From Candidatus Zhuqueibacterota bacterium (GTDB lineage Bacteria; Zhuqueibacterota; Zhuqueibacteria; Thermofontimicrobiales; Thermofontimicrobiaceae), in assembly GCA_034506395.1 (NCBI GenBank), contig JAPDPQ010000001.1, forward strand, positions 4,435 through 68,434: 64,000 nucleotides of DNA. Reading direction: 5' to 3'. Position numbers and translations under genes: made by a program. The notes under the pieces were generated by a model. That model did no database searches and was not told the origin of the DNA. It saw only the letters and a list, made by a program, of their open reading frames with translations. Shown here in pieces: positions 17,263 to 27,665 of this stretch (position 1 is its first letter; each line of letters starts with the position of its first letter).

Positions 17263-17557
17263 CAATCCAGAATCGAGCACATCGAATCTGGAATGCTCTT
17301 ACAAGAGCTCTGCTCTTCAACTTATGAGTGCTTTCAAAAACCGCAAATTCTGCTATGTACCAATTGGCGCATTTGCTGATTTGAAATTGATTCCCCCAAT
17401 TGGCTAAATTCGCGGCCAAGGTAGAGTGGACTCATTTCTCAATAGCAAAACAATCATAAGACGATGGGAGATCGCTGTTCGGCAGCGATCTTTCATCGAA
17501 TCATCTCTGGTGAATCCTCGGAATCATGGCGTTCGATCAAGTGGCTGGAAAAAACAA

Positions 17558-17586
17558 TTGACATTTGAACGAAAAAATTGTATACT
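17558..17586 (+). promoter_or_regulatory. Sigma-70-type promoter upstream of the TerB-like gene
   Basis: TTGACA (17558-17563), 17-nt spacer, TATACT (17581-17586). GGGAGG Shine-Dalgarno before ATG 17648. Confidence 0.5.
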
Positions 17587-17647
17587 GTGGCGTTCAAGAC
17601 AATCAGATTCGCTCAAACCATCAAGTTAATAACGAGGGAGGAACTCA

Positions 17648-18091
17648 ATGGAAGGCATAATCCAGAAGGCTATGGAGATGTTCGAAATTCCGGCCCATCG
17701 CACTCACTATCTGTTTCTACTTCCTGCTTTCTATGTCGCTAAAGCTGATGGAAAGCTTTCAATGAAAGAAATCATGGCGCTCCGACTTCATGCTGTCACC
17801 CTCGGGCTCATCGGTCCCCAGGATGAGGATAGTGCTGAGTTAGAAACATTTTTTGAAAAAAAGATTGAGCAATTCGGCAAAGAATTGAAACTCAGTGATC
17901 TGGATTTATTGGCCAAGGCAATCAATGCTCGATTGACCAATTACACCCCAGACAAAGCCAAGGCGATTCGCGAGAGCATCTATCAATTATGCATGCACGT
18001 CGCGGATGCATCAGGGCCACTGTTCGGAGAAAATATTACTGAAGAAGAGCGCGAGATGTTGAAACAAATCTTTTATAAGCTGGAAAAATGA
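17648..18091 (+). CDS. TerB-like (DjlA N-terminal-like) domain protein
   Basis: FYVAKADGKLSMKEIMAL resembles the ADGxxxxxE repeat of the TerB family. 147 aa, all-helical appearance. Weak call. Confidence 0.4.
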   Translation: MEGIIQKAMEMFEIPAHRTHYLFLLPAFYVAKADGKLSMKEIMALRLHAVTLGLIGPQDEDSAELETFFEKKIEQFGKELKLSDLDLLAKAINARLTNYTPDKAKAIRESIYQLCMHVADASGPLFGENITEEEREMLKQIFYKLEK

Positions 18092-18417
18092 GATCGCCTG
18101 AAACATTTTCTTCAGGGCATGTATGCTGATCTCTGCAGCGCAATCAACTTAAAGCCAGCTCATCATTCGATCGGCAACCATGAGATGCTGCTTTGTAAGC
18201 GCAATCGCCTCAACAGCCAGAAATGGACACGCATCTCAGAATTGGCCCATTTTATCAACAAAGATTGCTGCACTCAAATGGGTCTCTGCGACCTTCGAAA
18301 CATCCCAGCAATGAGTTCTCAGCTTTATCGAAGCCACCTGAAACCTGAGCCAAAAGCGCTGAGGGGATATCTCATTTTGAATAGCAACTTATAACAACCG
18401 ACCTTTGAAATTGGGGA

Positions 18418-18840
18418 ATGAAACAAATGAAATTTTACACTGAATATCTCTGGTTCAATACTGCACGCAAACGGGAGTTCATCAACATCACAGACGAAGC
18501 TGAGAGGGTTTTGAAAAAAAGTGGCATAAAAGAGGGAATGATGTTGGTATCTGCAATGCACATTACAGCAGGCGTTTATGTAAACGATGCCGAGCCAGGC
18601 CTGATTCAAGATATAGAAGATTGGCTACAAAAATTAGCCCCTGAGGGCGTTAATTATCGGCATCATCGCACTGGGGAGGTCAATGGCGATGCCCATTTGA
18701 AGAATCTACTTATCGGGCATCAAGTGATTGTGCCAGTTACTCAAGGCGAGCTTGATCTTGGGCCATGGCAGCAAATCTATTACGCTGAGTTCGATGGTCA
18801 GCGTCGAAAACGGTTGATCATCAAAGTGATGGGGGAATGA
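18418..18840 (+). CDS. YjbQ/UPF0047-family protein (secondary thiamine-phosphate synthase enzyme)
   Basis: [67 protein letters not shown] is the YjbQ signature. Confidence 0.8.
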   Translation: MKQMKFYTEYLWFNTARKREFINITDEAERVLKKSGIKEGMMLVSAMHITAGVYVNDAEPGLIQDIEDWLQKLAPEGVNYRHHRTGEVNGDAHLKNLLIGHQVIVPVTQGELDLGPWQQIYYAEFDGQRRKRLIIKVMGE

Positions 18841-20591
18841 TTCAAATGACAAAAGGCATTCGAATTGCTCTGGCGCAAATTGATGTTACCGTCGGTGATC
18901 TGGCTAATAATGAGCAGAAAATCAAAGCCGCAATCCAACAAGCCAGGAATGCTCAGGCAGATGTAGTTGCGTTCCCGGAATTGGTGATCACTGGGTATCC
19001 GCCAGAGGATTTATTGCTTCGCCGGCAATTCGTTCAGGACAATCTCCATTGTCTCAATCGAATTATTCCAGCAACCCGCGATATTCTGGCGATTGTGGGA
19101 TTTGCCGATCGAGAGGGGAATAAGCTATTTAACGCCGCAGCAGTGATTGCCAATGAAAGATTGGTCGCTGTGTATCATAAAATTCATCTACCCAATTACG
19201 GTGTTTTCGATGAGAAACGCTATTTTGAACCGGGAGAGCGGCCGCTGATTGTGGAGTGGAACGATATCAAGATCGGACTCAGCATCTGCGAGGATATCTG
19301 GATACCCGACAGTGTCGTCGAGACACAGGCTATTTCCACAGGTGCGGAGATCCTTTTAAACATCTCATCTTCGCCATATCATTCAGGCAAGGTGGAAGAG
19401 CGCGAGATTTTGCTCAAAAAAATAGCGGTAAATAACCGCGCCATGGTCTGCTACGTCAATCTCATCGGGGGGCAAGATGAGTTGGTATTTGATGGAAGCA
19501 GCCTAATTCTCAATGAGCGGGGGGAGATTCTCGCTCGCGGAAAACAGTTCGAAGAAGACCTGATCCTATTCGACCTCGATGTCTCGGTGATCCAGGCAAT
19601 CCGAGCAAAGGACGAATCGTTTCAGGGCCGTCGGGCAGCGTTCGATCCACCATTCAAGATTGAACTGATCGACCTTCCAGATCCGAGGCCAATGCCCTTT
19701 GAGCAGAAGCCGAGACTCCCCATTTCGCAAGTTCTCAAACTGGATCCATTGACCGAAATTTATCAGGCCCTGGTCTTAGGTACCCGCGATTACGTTCGAA
19801 AGAACGGTTTTCAAAAAGTCGTATTGGGGTTAAGCGGCGGTATCGATTCGGCATTGACGGCTGCTATCGCGGTAGACGCGTTGGGCTCGAAGAATGTCAT
19901 CGGCGTAAGTATGCCGTCAATATTCTCTTCCAAAGGTAGCATTGAGGATGCCGCCCAATTGGCAAAAAATTTGGGGATCAAGAATCTCATCATCCCTATA
20001 CAAAATACATTTGAAGCTTATCAAAACATGCTTCAAAACACTTTTGACAATCTGCCATTTGATATTACCGAGGAAAACATTCAAGCACGGATCCGTGGCA
20101 ATATCGTCATGGCGCTGTCCAACAAGTTCGGCTGGCTGGCTCTGAGCACGGGCAATAAAAGTGAAATTAGCGTAGGCTATTGTACGCTGTACGGAGATAT
20201 GGCCGGCGGTTTCGCTGTGATCAAAGATGTCCCCAAGACCCTGGTCTATCAATTGGCCAAGAATTTGAACAAGATCAAAGGACGAGAGATTATTCCGCAC
20301 AACACCATGGTCAAACCGCCTTCGGCTGAACTTCGGCCGAATCAGAAAGATGAAGATAGCCTGCCACCGTACGATATTTTAGATCCGATTTTGGCCGAAT
20401 ATGTAGAAAAGGACGCTTCCATCGAAAAAATTGTGGCGCTCGGCTTTGACGAAGCGATCGTGCGAAAAGTGATCCGACTGGTGGATCAGAGCGAATATAA
20501 ACGACGGCAAGGAGCTCCGGGTGTCAAAATTACGCCTCGGGCGTTTGGGAAGGATCGTCGGATGCCGATTACCAATCGCTATCGCTTGTGA
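18837..20591 (+). CDS. nadE: Glutamine-dependent NAD+ synthetase (nitrilase domain + NAD synthetase domain)
   Basis: [32 protein letters not shown] (CN hydrolase domain) followed by [14 protein letters not shown] (PP-loop). ATGA overlap with the yjbQ-like gene. Confidence 0.9.
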   Translation: MIQMTKGIRIALAQIDVTVGDLANNEQKIKAAIQQARNAQADVVAFPELVITGYPPEDLLLRRQFVQDNLHCLNRIIPATRDILAIVGFADREGNKLFNAAAVIANERLVAVYHKIHLPNYGVFDEKRYFEPGERPLIVEWNDIKIGLSICEDIWIPDSVVETQAISTGAEILLNISSSPYHSGKVEEREILLKKIAVNNRAMVCYVNLIGGQDELVFDGSSLILNERGEILARGKQFEEDLILFDLDVSVIQAIRAKDESFQGRRAAFDPPFKIELIDLPDPRPMPFEQKPRLPISQVLKLDPLTEIYQALVLGTRDYVRKNGFQKVVLGLSGGIDSALTAAIAVDALGSKNVIGVSMPSIFSSKGSIEDAAQLAKNLGIKNLIIPIQNTFEAYQNMLQNTFDNLPFDITEENIQARIRGNIVMALSNKFGWLALSTGNKSEISVGYCTLYGDMAGGFAVIKDVPKTLVYQLAKNLNKIKGREIIPHNTMVKPPSAELRPNQKDEDSLPPYDILDPILAEYVEKDASIEKIVALGFDEAIVRKVIRLVDQSEYKRRQGAPGVKITPRAFGKDRRMPITNRYRL

Positions 20592-20934
20592 ACCCTTGAT
20601 AATTATCTGGACCACGCAAATAGAACAACCACGGAATTTTTTTGGTCTCAGAACTGAAAGGTCTCAGAAACAAAATTCTGTGAGCTTTCATTGCTGCGAC
20701 CATCCTTTTAAAGAATAACTACAAATGCAAACAAAAATCAATTCAGTTTTCCGCCTTAAGTTGCTTGTAAATCGGTCTTGGTTTATGTATATTGAGGACC
20801 AATAATGCTTCTCGCCCGCTTGCTGATGGCTAAGGGCTGGTTGAGACGATTATTCTACATTGCGATTGTACTTTAAATTTGACCTGAATAAAACGCTGGT
20901 CAGCTATTCCTCCAAAAAAAAATGCAATAGAAAT

Positions 20935-21279
20935 ATGAAACCGATCACGCTACAACAATGTCAGCAACTTGTCGATGACTGGATCACCACCGTCGGCGTG
21001 CGCTATTTTTCCGAATTGACCAACCTGGCGCAATTAATGGAAGAAGTGGGCGAGGTTGCCCGCATCATGTCCCGCACCTATGGGGATCAGAGCTTCAAAA
21101 AATCGGATGAGGCGAAAAAACTATCAGAGGAATTGGCGGATGTGTTTTTTGTGCTCGTCTGCATTGCCAATCAAACTGGCGTGGATTTGACCGAGGCGTT
21201 CTGGCAGGGGATGGAAAAACGAACGAACCGCGATCGGGAACGACATCAAAACAACATGAAATTGAAACAGGGTGCTTGA
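20935..21279 (+). CDS. MazG-like nucleotide pyrophosphohydrolase
   Basis: LAQLMEEVGEVARIM..SEELADVFFVLVCIANQTGVDL gives the EExxE/ExxD helices of the MazG family. Start moved to ATG 20935. Confidence 0.7.
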   Translation: MKPITLQQCQQLVDDWITTVGVRYFSELTNLAQLMEEVGEVARIMSRTYGDQSFKKSDEAKKLSEELADVFFVLVCIANQTGVDLTEAFWQGMEKRTNRDRERHQNNMKLKQGA

Positions 21280-21314
21280 TCTTTGATAGACTTAAATCCT
21301 TTCGCACATGAGCC

Positions 21315-22166
21315 ATGGATGCAGATAAAGCGAAAAATGGACCGACCGTGAGCGTGATCATCCCGACCTATAATCGCGCAAATTGGTTGGCAGGTGCAAT
21401 TGAGTCGGTTTTAGTTCAATCTTATCAGGATCTCGAATTGATCCTCATTGATGACGGCTCAACGGATGAAACGCCTGAGTTAGTGGCACATTATGGGGAT
21501 CGCATCCGTTATTATGCGCAAGACCATCGCGGGCCAGCGGCCGCCAGAAATTTGGGCATTCAGAAAGCTCAGGCTGATTTAATCGCGTTTCTGGATTCTG
21601 ATGATCGCTGGCTGAAAGACAAGCTGCAAGCCCAGGTGGATCTGATGCTGAATCATCCGGAAATCAAGATTTGCTACACAGACGAAATCTGGATTCGACG
21701 AGGGGTAAGAGTCAATCCAAAGAAAATTCACCAAAAATATTCAGGGTGGATCTATCAGAGATGTCTGCCATTGTGCATTATCAGCCCATCATCAGTGATG
21801 ATACGTCGGGAGGTATTCGATCGGGTCGGCCTGTTTGATGAACAATTTCTGGTGTGCGAAGACTATGAGTTCTGGCTGCGGATCAGTCATCGGTTTCCGA
21901 TTACATTTATCAATCAGCCGCTGATCATTAAATACGGGGGACATCAAGATCAGCTTTCAAGGCAATTTTGGGGGATGGATCGATTCCGGGTTATGGCGCT
22001 GGAAAAGATGCTCCAAGATCATTCGCTCTCAGAAATTGATCGGAATGCCACAATCCAGATGCTGATCCAAAAATGCAACATCTTGATCAATGGCTTTGAG
22101 AAACGCGGCAAAACAGCGGAAGGCGATCTCTATCGATCGATTCGAGATAAATATCGCACAAATTGA
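21315..22166 (+). CDS. Family 2 glycosyltransferase
   Basis: VSVIIPTYNRANWL..LILIDDGSTDET..AFLDSDD are GT2 motifs. Confidence 0.8.
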   Translation: MDADKAKNGPTVSVIIPTYNRANWLAGAIESVLVQSYQDLELILIDDGSTDETPELVAHYGDRIRYYAQDHRGPAAARNLGIQKAQADLIAFLDSDDRWLKDKLQAQVDLMLNHPEIKICYTDEIWIRRGVRVNPKKIHQKYSGWIYQRCLPLCIISPSSVMIRREVFDRVGLFDEQFLVCEDYEFWLRISHRFPITFINQPLIIKYGGHQDQLSRQFWGMDRFRVMALEKMLQDHSLSEIDRNATIQMLIQKCNILINGFEKRGKTAEGDLYRSIRDKYRTN

Positions 22167-22370
22167 ACCATATCGAGCAGATCATGCAGCTCAATGGTCA
22201 AATTGGATCGATCGATTGAGTCTGACTGAAATTTAAGTTTTGGAACCCACGTCATGATGAGTGGATGGATAAAATGGAGCGAATTGAATAGCTAAGTGTC
22301 CGAAAGATTGGGTGCGGGTCAAGCATCATCATGATTGGATGTTTCGGTGGAAACGGCTAACAAAGGCCAC

Positions 22371-23381
22371 TTATAACGAAGTCAATTTCAAGCCAGGGAT
22401 TGGTGCTAGCCCAAAGTCCGAACGAATCCCACGTTTTAGCTTCTGCTGTCCAAGCCAAGCCACCATTGCAGCGTTATCGGTACAAAGGATCGGCTCCGGA
22501 ACATAAATCTTGAAGCCTTCGATCGCTGCGCGTTGTTGAAATGCCGATCTAAGCCGGCGATTTCGTGCAACTCCACCGACCAAACAGATATCGCGCACCT
22601 TTTTGTCGCGGGCGGCTGCCACTGTTTTTTCCACCAGCACCTCGATTAGCGCTGCCTGAAAGCTGGCCACAATATCAGCGATATGAGCCTGGCGCTGGTC
22701 CGTTGGCATTCGTTTGAGATGATATAGGACCGCAGTTTTCAGGCCGCTGAAGCTAAAGTTATAATCATGCGTTTTGATCAGGGAGCGCGGAAAATGGATA
22801 TAAGTTTCATCACCCTGAGCAGCAAGCTGATCGATGATCGGCCCACCAGGGTAGCCCAGCTCCATCATCTTTGACACCTTATCGAACGCCTCTCCTGCCG
22901 CATCATCTAACGTTCGGCCTAAAACTTCATATTGCTCCATGCCTTTCACCAGAACAAGCAGCGTGTGGCCGCCAGAGACAACCAAGGAGATAAAGGGGAA
23001 TTCAAGATCTGGATGATTGACATAGACCGAGAACACATGCCCCTCAATATGATTGATCCCGACCCAAGGCAATTGGAGTGCGTATGCCAAGGCTTTTGCC
23101 GTGTTTAATCCGACCAAAATCGAACCAACCAAACCTGGCCCATAGGTCACTGCAATCCCTTCAAGCTGCGAAAATTCTAAATTAGCATCCGAAAGCGATT
23201 TCTTGATGATGGGCAGAATGAGGCGCATGTGCTCTCGAGAAGCCAATTCTGGAACAACCCCTCCGTACTGCTGATGGATGGTTTGCGAAGCGATGACATT
23301 CGAACGTAAGCCGTCTGGGGTATAAACCGCCGCTGCGGTTTCATCACATGAGGTTTCAATTCCCAAAACAATCATGGTCAA
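22371..23381 (-). CDS. tsaD: tRNA N6-adenosine threonylcarbamoyltransferase
   Basis: VLGIETSCDETAAAV..HMRLILP..HIEGH..GGVARN is the Kae1/TsaD pattern. Confidence 0.9.
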   Translation of the reverse strand: MTMIVLGIETSCDETAAAVYTPDGLRSNVIASQTIHQQYGGVVPELASREHMRLILPIIKKSLSDANLEFSQLEGIAVTYGPGLVGSILVGLNTAKALAYALQLPWVGINHIEGHVFSVYVNHPDLEFPFISLVVSGGHTLLVLVKGMEQYEVLGRTLDDAAGEAFDKVSKMMELGYPGGPIIDQLAAQGDETYIHFPRSLIKTHDYNFSFSGLKTAVLYHLKRMPTDQRQAHIADIVASFQAALIEVLVEKTVAAARDKKVRDICLVGGVARNRRLRSAFQQRAAIEGFKIYVPEPILCTDNAAMVAWLGQQKLKRGIRSDFGLAPIPGLKLTSL

Positions 23382-23396
23382 TTGGCTCGCTTGGGA

Positions 23397-24338
23397 TTAT
23401 TTGATCTTTTCAACGACAATTTTAAATCGCTTTGGTTTGACATCGCGATAACGAACCCCTTTTGGAGTATCAATATATGCCAGATGGTTCTTGCTTTGTG
23501 AGGCCTTCACTTTTTGATAGTCAATATATGCTCTAATATCATTCTGCGTGACATTCAATAAAATATCAGCTCCTCCCTCCAAAACGAGAGACAAAGTAGA
23601 AGGCAACACCGTCACCCTCAAGTCCGGTGGCTGATTGATGACAGTCACCGGTACCTCCGATAGCGGCTTCTCCATCAATTTCTGGACATTGACATAAAGG
23701 TTTACCTCGCGAGTCAATAGGCGCAGATGCTCGATATCTGGCCTGATCAACCTGAGCTTTTCGGTTAAATTGCGGTTGATATTTTTATACCGACGTCGTT
23801 CAGTGAAAATCGCATCCACCCTTTTGAGCTCAGTGATCGGGATCATTACCTCAGCGGAATCGGGGATTAACTTAACATCATCAACGACGGTATAGCCAGG
23901 AACTGGGGTTACCTCAACATCAGGTACGATTGCAACCTTTGTGGTGATGAGATCCATAATAAGAATTTTCAAAGTTTCGGGGTGTACGATGTTGAGCACT
24001 TCGATATCGCTATCTCGAAGCAATTTCACCTGATTCTTATCCAATACAAGATTGGCTGATCGGAAAACATGGGAGACATCAAGGTTGTAAAAGATATCCT
24101 TTCTGAGCATCGTGGTGAGCAGTGAACGTCCCTTTCCCCAACAAGTGATTTTTACCTTGCTCGGGATATCAGAGCTAATCACTCGATTCGGCCCAAGATT
24201 CGTAATCCGAAGCGGAACATTCAGCTCATATCGGTAATTATCTTCCATCTTCACAAAAAACCATATCACGCTGGCCAAGGCAATTACCGCCAATTTAATT
24301 TTCAGATTGCGAACAATTCCAACATTCATCGGTTTCAT
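23397..24338 (-). CDS. YbbR-like (CdaR-like) repeat-domain membrane-anchored protein
   Basis: N-terminal TM segment (VIALASVIWFFV) followed by repeated beta-rich modules of about 85 aa, as in YbbR proteins. Call is by architecture only. Confidence 0.45.
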   Translation of the reverse strand: MKPMNVGIVRNLKIKLAVIALASVIWFFVKMEDNYRYELNVPLRITNLGPNRVISSDIPSKVKITCWGKGRSLLTTMLRKDIFYNLDVSHVFRSANLVLDKNQVKLLRDSDIEVLNIVHPETLKILIMDLITTKVAIVPDVEVTPVPGYTVVDDVKLIPDSAEVMIPITELKRVDAIFTERRRYKNINRNLTEKLRLIRPDIEHLRLLTREVNLYVNVQKLMEKPLSEVPVTVINQPPDLRVTVLPSTLSLVLEGGADILLNVTQNDIRAYIDYQKVKASQSKNHLAYIDTPKGVRYRDVKPKRFKIVVEKIK

Positions 24339-24452
24339 CTCGATCCTTTGGCTCGCTTAACGTGAAAAGAGGGTATCAGGAACTAACTCCTTTTACCCTC
24401 TTCATATGATCGACCCGTGGTAGGAAAAGGATCTGGGCGAGGCGAAGATTCT

Positions 24453-24647
24453 TTATTTATGAGATTGACCAATCACTTTGCCGATACTTAGCTCACCATT
24501 GTCGATTCGAATATTAAAGCCACATTCTGGATTGGTGCAGACCCAGGCTTTATACATAATTGATGAACCCTCACGACCATAGTCTGATAAAGGAATGAGT
24601 ACTCCAGTGGAGCATTTCAAACATTCTGGATAAGCAGTTTCCATCAT
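24453..24647 (-). CDS. Small zinc-ribbon protein (64 aa)
   Basis: Two Cys pairs, CLKC..(27 aa)..CTNPEC. No family recognised. Confidence 0.45.
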   Translation of the reverse strand: MMETAYPECLKCSTGVLIPLSDYGREGSSIMYKAWVCTNPECGFNIRIDNGELSIGKVIGQSHK

Positions 24648-24973
24648 AAAAGACCTCCCCTCACAATTTAACTAGTTCAAGTTTTAAAATCCCCAATGAA
24701 TTGATATTTTTGTGCTATCGCCGTTGGATTTAATAATTCCATCCCTCCTTCAAGAAATGTGAATATCAGGTCTGACAACTCAAAAAATAATTTTCATCTT
24801 CCTCGCCCAAATCCAAATTCATCGGACCAATCCAATGTTCGCCCTTGGCTTAAAAAAAATTTAACATAATTTCTATATAAAGTCAATATATTTTTTGGAT
24901 CAATACTTGTATTTGCCATTATGGTAGTTTCGTGTAAGGTGCAAACTGATTATTGTGTTCTTTTGGCATAATA

Positions 24974-25699
24974 TCACCACAGCAGCCGTACCGATAAACC
25001 AATCGCCATGGAAATCGATAGCGAGGCAATAAGATTGATCATCAGAAGTTGACGGCTTGCTCTTCCATGAAGAATTAGTCTGGGGATAAAAGCAACTGGA
25101 ATGAGAAAGAAGAACCAACCTCCGAAGATCATCCCTAAAGTGGAAAAGAACCGCTCAATATATCCGATGCGCCGTTTGTTGGCATTCGGAAAAATAATGG
25201 ATTGTTCGGCTGTTGGTTGAGTCAATTGATGAATGAATTTTTTGACATAGTAAATAATCACTCCCCCGCCAAACATCGAAACCACCAAGCCAGTGAGCGT
25301 GATAATTACCTTTCGATTCAAATAGTAGTCGGCGACAAAACGGTTCGCGATCTGCGGTGAAGGAATGTGAAATAAATGATAGCATGTGAGCCAAATAAAA
25401 AAGATATGCAATATTTGATCAACTAAAAAAACAAACACCGAATCATTTAGCACATTCCGTGTGAGAACCAGTTTCATCCAGTCTAAAATAAAGTGAATGC
25501 CAAACAGAAACAAGATCGCCAGCCGGAAATTTGCAAACTCCAGAAATGGAAACGCAATGATGATGTTAGTGATCAACGAAATGAAAATATGAGGCAGGAG
25601 CCCCCATTTGTATTTTGATTTTAACGCAAAAATTTTATCTGACTGGAGTGGAAAATCCGCGATAAAATGCGCTAGGAGCAAGAGCCAGAATAAATTCAT
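24974..25699 (-). CDS. DUF3307-family integral membrane protein
   Basis: The N-terminus FWLLLLAHFIADFPLQSDKIF matches the DUF3307 signature (LxxHxxxDFxLQ). Multiple TM segments. Confidence 0.6.
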   Translation of the reverse strand: MNLFWLLLLAHFIADFPLQSDKIFALKSKYKWGLLPHIFISLITNIIIAFPFLEFANFRLAILFLFGIHFILDWMKLVLTRNVLNDSVFVFLVDQILHIFFIWLTCYHLFHIPSPQIANRFVADYYLNRKVIITLTGLVVSMFGGGVIIYYVKKFIHQLTQPTAEQSIIFPNANKRRIGYIERFFSTLGMIFGGWFFFLIPVAFIPRLILHGRASRQLLMINLIASLSISMAIGLSVRLLW

Positions 25700-25816
25700 C
25701 GATTAGCGGTCCTGGGAACTATTATTGCGATCCATCATAATTGTCTCTCTGGAAAAACCGGCTTAAAATATCGATTGAGAGGCAAGTGCCCTGGGCAATT
25801 CAACGGCATTCGTTTT

Positions 25817-26260
25817 CTATTCTTTCACGACCCATAATTTGATCTTGGCTTCGACTTCGCTGTGCAATTTGATTGGGATATCGTAGATTCCCAATGCCTT
25901 GATGGGTTCATCAAGCAAAATTTTTTTGCGATCGATATCAAAGCCTTTTTCCTTTAGCAAATCGGCGATGTTTTGGCTGGTTACGGAACCGAATACCCGA
26001 TCCTCCTCGCCAACCGCTACAGTGGCGGTACAAGAGACACCATTCAACTTTTGGGCAAGCAGCTCAGCGTTCTTCTTATCTTTATTAAGCTTCAGTTTAA
26101 TTCGTTTTTGTTCTTCTTCTAAAATCTTTAGATTTCTCTGGTCAGCTTTCAGCGCCAAGCCTTGGGGGATTAGATAATTGCGCGCATAACCATCTTTCAC
26201 TTCAATGATATTGCCAGCCGTTCCCAGAGATTCGACATCTTTTTTCAAAATAACTTTCAT
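25817..26260 (-). CDS. rplI: 50S ribosomal protein L9
   Basis: MKVILKKDVESLGTAGNIIEVKDGYARNYLIPQGLA. Start at ATG 26260, preceded by GAGGGA. Confidence 0.95.
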   Translation of the reverse strand: MKVILKKDVESLGTAGNIIEVKDGYARNYLIPQGLALKADQRNLKILEEEQKRIKLKLNKDKKNAELLAQKLNGVSCTATVAVGEEDRVFGSVTSQNIADLLKEKGFDIDRKKILLDEPIKALGIYDIPIKLHSEVEAKIKLWVVKE

Positions 26261-26285
26261 CAGCGATCTTCCCTCATGCAAATGG

Positions 26286-26507
26286 TTATCGACTCATTTC
26301 TGCCACATAAGGAATTAATGCTAATTGTCGAGCGCGCTTAATCGCTTTCACCAGCATCCGTTGATGCTTAGCACAGGTCCCTGAAGTGCGACGTGGAATT
26401 ATCTTCCCTTGTTCGGTCGTAAAGCGCATAAGCTTTTTGTCGTCCCGGAAATCTATATAGATAGCATTCTCCTCACAAAAACGACAGATCCGTTTTTTCT
26501 TTAGCAT
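26286..26507 (-). CDS. rpsR: 30S ribosomal protein S18
   Basis: IDFRDDKKLMRFTTEQGKIIPRRTSGTCAKHQRMLVKAIKRARQLALIPY. Confidence 0.95.
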   Translation of the reverse strand: MLKKKRICRFCEENAIYIDFRDDKKLMRFTTEQGKIIPRRTSGTCAKHQRMLVKAIKRARQLALIPYVAEMSR

Positions 26508-26547
26508 AGCTGTTTGGTTCTCCTAGTTAAATCATCCTTCCTTGGCA

Positions 26548-27075
26548 TCATAAATTTAAGTCCTTATATCCAAAGTCGTATTGCTCTAATTGCGGTTGCG
26601 TTACCGCTGGGGCTGAAGCATGATTGTCATTAATGATCGTTTCCGCCATTTCCGTTTCAGTGGGTTCATAGTCATATTCTTTCTCATCAAATGCCGTGTC
26701 ATACTCATTTTCATCTTTAGAGGAACTTTTTCGATTAAGAAACTGAATGCGCCGGGCTTTAATCTCAACAACATTTCGGCTGGTCCCATCATCGTTCCGC
26801 CAGCTTCGGCTTTGCAGCTCTCCATCGATGATTACCGCGCTTCCTTTGCTCAGGTTTTCGTAGCAGCTTTCGGCCAGTTTATACCAGGCAACTACCCCAA
26901 CATAACAGACATTTTCTCGCCATTGACCATTATTGTCCTTGAATTTTCGATTTGATGCGATGAAAAAGTTGGCCACTGGCGTTCCATTGGTCGTCTTTCG
27001 AAATGATGGATCACATGTCAAGTTCCCTGCAATGAGTACATTATTGATATCAGGCATTTTCAGATTCGACATCAT
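26548..27075 (-). CDS. ssb: Single-stranded DNA-binding protein with a non-canonical C-terminal tip
   Basis: OB fold reading NNVLIAGNLTCDPSFRKTTNGTPVANFFIASNR..VIIDGELQSRSWRNDDG. The acidic tail ends ..EQYDFGYKDLNL instead of D-D-D-I-P-F. Confidence 0.85.
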   Translation of the reverse strand: MMSNLKMPDINNVLIAGNLTCDPSFRKTTNGTPVANFFIASNRKFKDNNGQWRENVCYVGVVAWYKLAESCYENLSKGSAVIIDGELQSRSWRNDDGTSRNVVEIKARRIQFLNRKSSSKDENEYDTAFDEKEYDYEPTETEMAETIINDNHASAPAVTQPQLEQYDFGYKDLNL

Positions 27076-27198
27076 TTAGAACCTCCCTGAAAATCATTTG
27101 GCCTCAAGTCATTTCTCCATTTTCATCAATTATGACGCTGCACGACTGATTCATCTGCATCTCCATGATGTGAAGAATATGTCTTCCCGAACGAACCC

Positions 27199-27636
27199 TT
27201 ATTCGACGTTTGTTTCGGTGGCAAGCTCGACGGGTTCTTCTTCCGCTTCATCCAGCTCTTCGGTTTCGATCAGTTCTTCTAATTCTGGAATTTCTTTTTC
27301 TTCTGGAACCTGTTTTGCCATTTTGATCTGGTCCAAGTAGGTCAGAGCTTTTTTGCTCAAAGTTACCGTGAGATAGCGCAAGATGTTTTCATCCAATCGG
27401 TAATCTCGCTCTAAAATTTTAACCAGATTACTGGGCGCCTCAAAAATGATCTCCACGTAATAGCCATATTGGCGTTTTCTAATCTCATAAGCCAATCGCC
27501 GCTTTTCCCAACGATCTACATTGAGCACTTTACCACCATTGTTATTGATGATCCTGAGGATCTTTTCAATAGTGGCTTCGATCTCTTCGCTCTTTAAAAG
27601 TGAATCAATAACGACAACAGTTTGATAGGTTCTCAA
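27199..27636 (-). CDS. rpsF: 30S ribosomal protein S6 (acidic C-terminal extension)
   Basis: [47 protein letters not shown]. Confidence 0.9.
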   Translation of the reverse strand: MRTYQTVVVIDSLLKSEEIEATIEKILRIINNNGGKVLNVDRWEKRRLAYEIRKRQYGYYVEIIFEAPSNLVKILERDYRLDENILRYLTVTLSKKALTYLDQIKMAKQVPEEKEIPELEELIETEELDEAEEEPVELATETNVE

Positions 27637-27665
27637 ATCATTTACCTCCTGACTAATTTCCTAAT

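Noticed and set aside
18092-18417. Looked for a TPP riboswitch upstream of the YjbQ-like gene, and for purine or other riboswitches upstream of guaB (60459-61085)
   Set aside because: I could not find the conserved TPP (CUGAGA .. ACCUGAUCUGGAUAAUGCCAGCG-like) or purine riboswitch cores by eye. Absence cannot be proven without cmscan.
20644-20669. Direct repeat GGTCTCAGAA x2 (20644-20653, 20660-20669) considered as a possible repeat array
   Set aside because: There are only two 10-nt copies with a 6-nt spacer. This is not CRISPR-like and has no further copies nearby.
23397-24338. Idea that the YbbR-like gene marks a cdaA-cdaR-glmM (c-di-AMP) operon
   Set aside because: No diadenylate cyclase gene is adjacent (its neighbours are tsaD and a small zinc-ribbon gene). 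The only GlmM-like mutase is 14 kb away, in an operon with thymidine phosphorylase.
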